Shown here: one piece after another, positions 60,961 to 64,000 of the stretch | Layout of the letters: every line of letters starts with the position of its first letter | Numbering within the stretch: the stretch's first letter is position 1 | Assembly (NCBI RefSeq): GCF_964213995.1 | Contig: NW_027590136.1 | Location: forward strand, 992,001-1,056,000 | DNA from: Mustelus asterias | Taxonomy: Eukaryota | Direction of reading: 5' to 3' | Length of the DNA stretch: 64,000 bases | Program-made: the position numbers and the translations under genes | The notes under the pieces: generated by a model | Seen by the model: only the letters and a program-made list of their open reading frames with translations | Told to the model about the DNA's origin: nothing | Database searches by the model: none

Positions 60961-63545
60961 TGGGGGGGGGATAATGTTCACTGTTTTCTCTTCAGGTCTG
61001 GGGGACAATGTTCATTGTTTTATATTTGGGTCTGGGGGATAATGTTCATTGTTTTATATTTGGGTCTGGGGGATAATGTTCATTGTTTTATATTTGGGTC
61101 AGGAGGATAATGTTCGCTGTTTTATATTCGGGTCTGGGGGATAATGTTCATTGTTTTATATTTGGGTCAGGGGGATAATGTTCGCTGTTTTATATTCGGG
61201 TCTGGAGGGATAATGTTCATTGTTTTATATTTGGGTCGGGGGAATAATGTTCACTGTTTTATATTCAGGTCTGAGGGGATAATGTTCACTGTTTTATATT
61301 CGGGTCTGGGGGATAATGTTCACTATTTTATATTCGGATCTGGGGGTGATAATGTTCACTGTTTTATATTCGGGTCTGGGGGGGATAATGTTCACTGCTT
61401 TATATTCGGGTCTGGGGGGATAATGTTCACTGTTTTATATTCGGGTCTGGGGAATAATGTTCACTGTTTTATATTCGGGTCTGGGGGATAATGTTCACTG
61501 TTTTATATTCGGGTCTGGGGGGGATAATGTTCACTGCTTTATATTCGGGTCTGGGGGGATAATGTTCACTGTTTTATATTCGGGTCTGGGGGATAATGTT
61601 CACTGTTTTATATTTGGGTCTGGGGGTGATAATGTTCACTGTTTTATATTCGTGTCTGGGGGATAATGTTCACTGTTTTATATTTGGGTCTGGGGGGGGG
61701 ATAATGTTCACTGTTTTATATTCAGGTCTGGGGGTGATAATGTTCACTGTTTTATATTCGTGTCTGGGGGTGATAATGTTCACTGTTCTTTATTCAGGTC
61801 TGGGGGATAATGTTCACTGTTTTATATTCGGGTCTGGGGGATAATGTTCACTGTTTTATATTCGGGTCTGGGGGGGATAATGTTCACTGTTTTATATTCG
61901 GGTCTGGGGGGGGATAATTTTCACTGTTTTATATTTGGGTCTGGGGGATAGTGATCATTGTTTTATATTTGGGTCTGGGGATAATGTTCACTGTTTTATA
62001 TTCGTGTCTGGGGGATAATGTTCACTGTTTTATATTCGGGTCTGGGGGGGGATAATGTTCGCTGTTTTATATTCGGGTCTGGGGGGGATAATGTTCATTG
62101 TTTTATATTTGGGTCTGCGGGGAGATAATGTTCACTGTTTTATATTCGGGTCTGGGGGATAATGTTCACTGTTTTATATTCGGGTCTGGGGGATAATGTT
62201 CACTGTTTTATATTCGGGTCTGGGGAGGATAATGTTCACTGTTTTATATTCAGGTCTGGGGGGGATAATGTTCACTGTTTTATATTCGGGTCTGGGAGAT
62301 AATGTTCACTGTTTTATATTCGGGTCTGGGGGATAATGTTCACTGTTTTATATTCGGGTCTGGGGGGGATAATGTTCACTGTTTTATATTCGTGTCTGGG
62401 GGATAATGTTCACTGTTTTATATTCGGGTCTGGGGGGGGGATAATGTTCACTGTTTTATATTCAGGTCTGGGGGTGATAATGTTCACTGTTTTATATTCG
62501 TGTCTGGGGGTGATAATGTTCACTGTTCTTTATTCAGGTCTGGGGGATAATGTTCACTGTTTTATATTCGGGTCTGGGGGATAATGTTCACTGTTTTATA
62601 TTCGGGTCTGGGGGGGATAATGTTCACTGTTTTATATTCGGGTCTGGGGGGGGATAATTTTCACTGTTTTATATTTGGGTCTGGAGGATAGTGATCATTG
62701 TTTTATATTTGGGTCTGGGGATAATGTTCACTGTTTTATATTCGTGTCTGGGGGATAATGTTCACTGTTTTATATTCGGGTCTGGGGGGGGATAATGTTC
62801 GCTGTTTTATATTCGGGTCTGGGGGGGGATAATGTTCATTGTTTTATATTTGGGTCTGCGGGGAGATAATGTTCACTGTTTTATATTCGGGTCTGGGGGA
62901 GAATGTTCACTGTTTTATATTCGGGTCTGGGAGATAATGTTCACTGTTTTATATTCAGGTCTGGGAGATAATGTTCACTGTTTTATATTCGGGTCTGGGG
63001 GAGAATGTTCACTGTTTTATATTCGGGTCTGGGAGATAATGTTCACTGTTTTATATTCGTGTCTGGGGGATAATGTTCACTGTTTTATATTCGGGTCTGG
63101 GAGATAATGTTCACTGTTTTATATTCGGGTCTGGGGGGATAATGTTCACTGTTTTATATTCGGGTCTGGGGGGGATAATGTTCACTGTTTTATATTCAGG
63201 TCTGGGGGATAATGTTCACTGTTTTATATTCGGGTCTAGGGGGGATAATGTTCACTGTTTTATATTCGGGTCTGGGGGGGATAATGTTCACTGTTTTATA
63301 TTCAGGTCTGGGGGGGATAATGTTCACTGTTTTATATTCGGGTCTGGGAGATAATGTTCACTGTTTTATATTCGGGTCTGGGGGATAATGTTCACTGTTT
63401 TATATTCGGGTCTGGGGGGGATAATGTTCACTGTTTTATATTCGAGTCTGGGGGGGATAATGTTCACTGTTTTATATTCGGGTCTGGGGGATAATGTTCA
63501 CTGTTTTATATTCGGGTCTGGGAGATAATGTTCACTGTCTGGGGT
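60961..63545. repeat. ~34-bp tandem satellite, roughly 75 copies
   Basis: Unit G(4-9)ATAATGTTCACTGTTTTATATTCGGGTCT. Confidence 0.97.
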
Positions 63546-63784
63546 TTGTTAGCTCGGGTTGATTCTGCCTACTGTGCATTCTCGGTTGTCAGAGCTCTCA
63601 TTAAAAGCCCTAATTTCCAGTCAGTGACTGAATTGTCTCTGATGGGATGGGGAATCAGAGTGGGGGTAATGTGCTTCATGGACAGCGATGGGTTGGAATG
63701 AGTATAAAATAAACCCGGACTACACCAGGTAATTGTGAGAACATTAAAACAATCACAAAAAATCATAGCACCATGTTGGGGGTC

Positions 63785-64000
63785 CGGATGAATGCGAAGT
63801 GATGCATTTTGGAAGAAATAATGTAGGGAGGAGTTATACAATAAATGGCAGAGTCATCAGGAGTATAGAAACACAGAGGGATCTAGGTGTGCAAGTCCAC
63901 AAATCCTTGAAGGTGGCAACACAGGTGGAGAAGGTGGTGAAGAAGGCATATGGTATGCTTGCCTTTATAGGACGGGGTATAGAGTATAAAAGCTGGAGTC
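63785..64000 (+). mobile_element. CR1 RT fragment running off the window end
   Basis: CEVMHFG..RDLGVQVH..KKAYGMLAFIGRGIEYK. Confidence 0.9.

Noticed and set aside
60961-63545. CRISPR-like array or repetitive protein
   Set aside because: Eukaryotic tandem repeat with no unique spacers; ORFs are satellite artefacts.

Overview
Eukaryotic, repeat-dense genomic DNA from a cartilaginous fish, most likely a shark, judged from the CR1 LINEs, tRNA-derived V-SINE/HE1-like SINEs, Penelope-like elements and shark-type antigen-receptor and zinc-finger genes. Left contig (1-19069): an antigen-receptor patch with a frameshifted TCR alpha/delta V pseudogene (9369-9761), an intact TCR alpha/delta V gene with leader and canonical 23-RSS (14648-15145), a tRNA-Pro-like gene with an insert at the canonical intron position, and orphan immunoglobulin heavy-chain TM1/TM2 exons with poly(A) signals about 1 kb downstream. 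No D, J or C exons were recognised between V and TM. After a 276-N gap lies a cluster of six KRAB-less C2H2 zinc-finger genes (one SINE-disrupted). Four of them form two head-to-head pairs around a duplicated CpG-rich promoter carrying a variable-number tandem array of CRE sites, in a large inverted duplication. Also present: a near full-length CR1, LTR/Gypsy remnants, Penelope fragments with hammerhead-like motifs and a ~34-bp satellite. All calls were made by eye; repeat boundaries are approximate.
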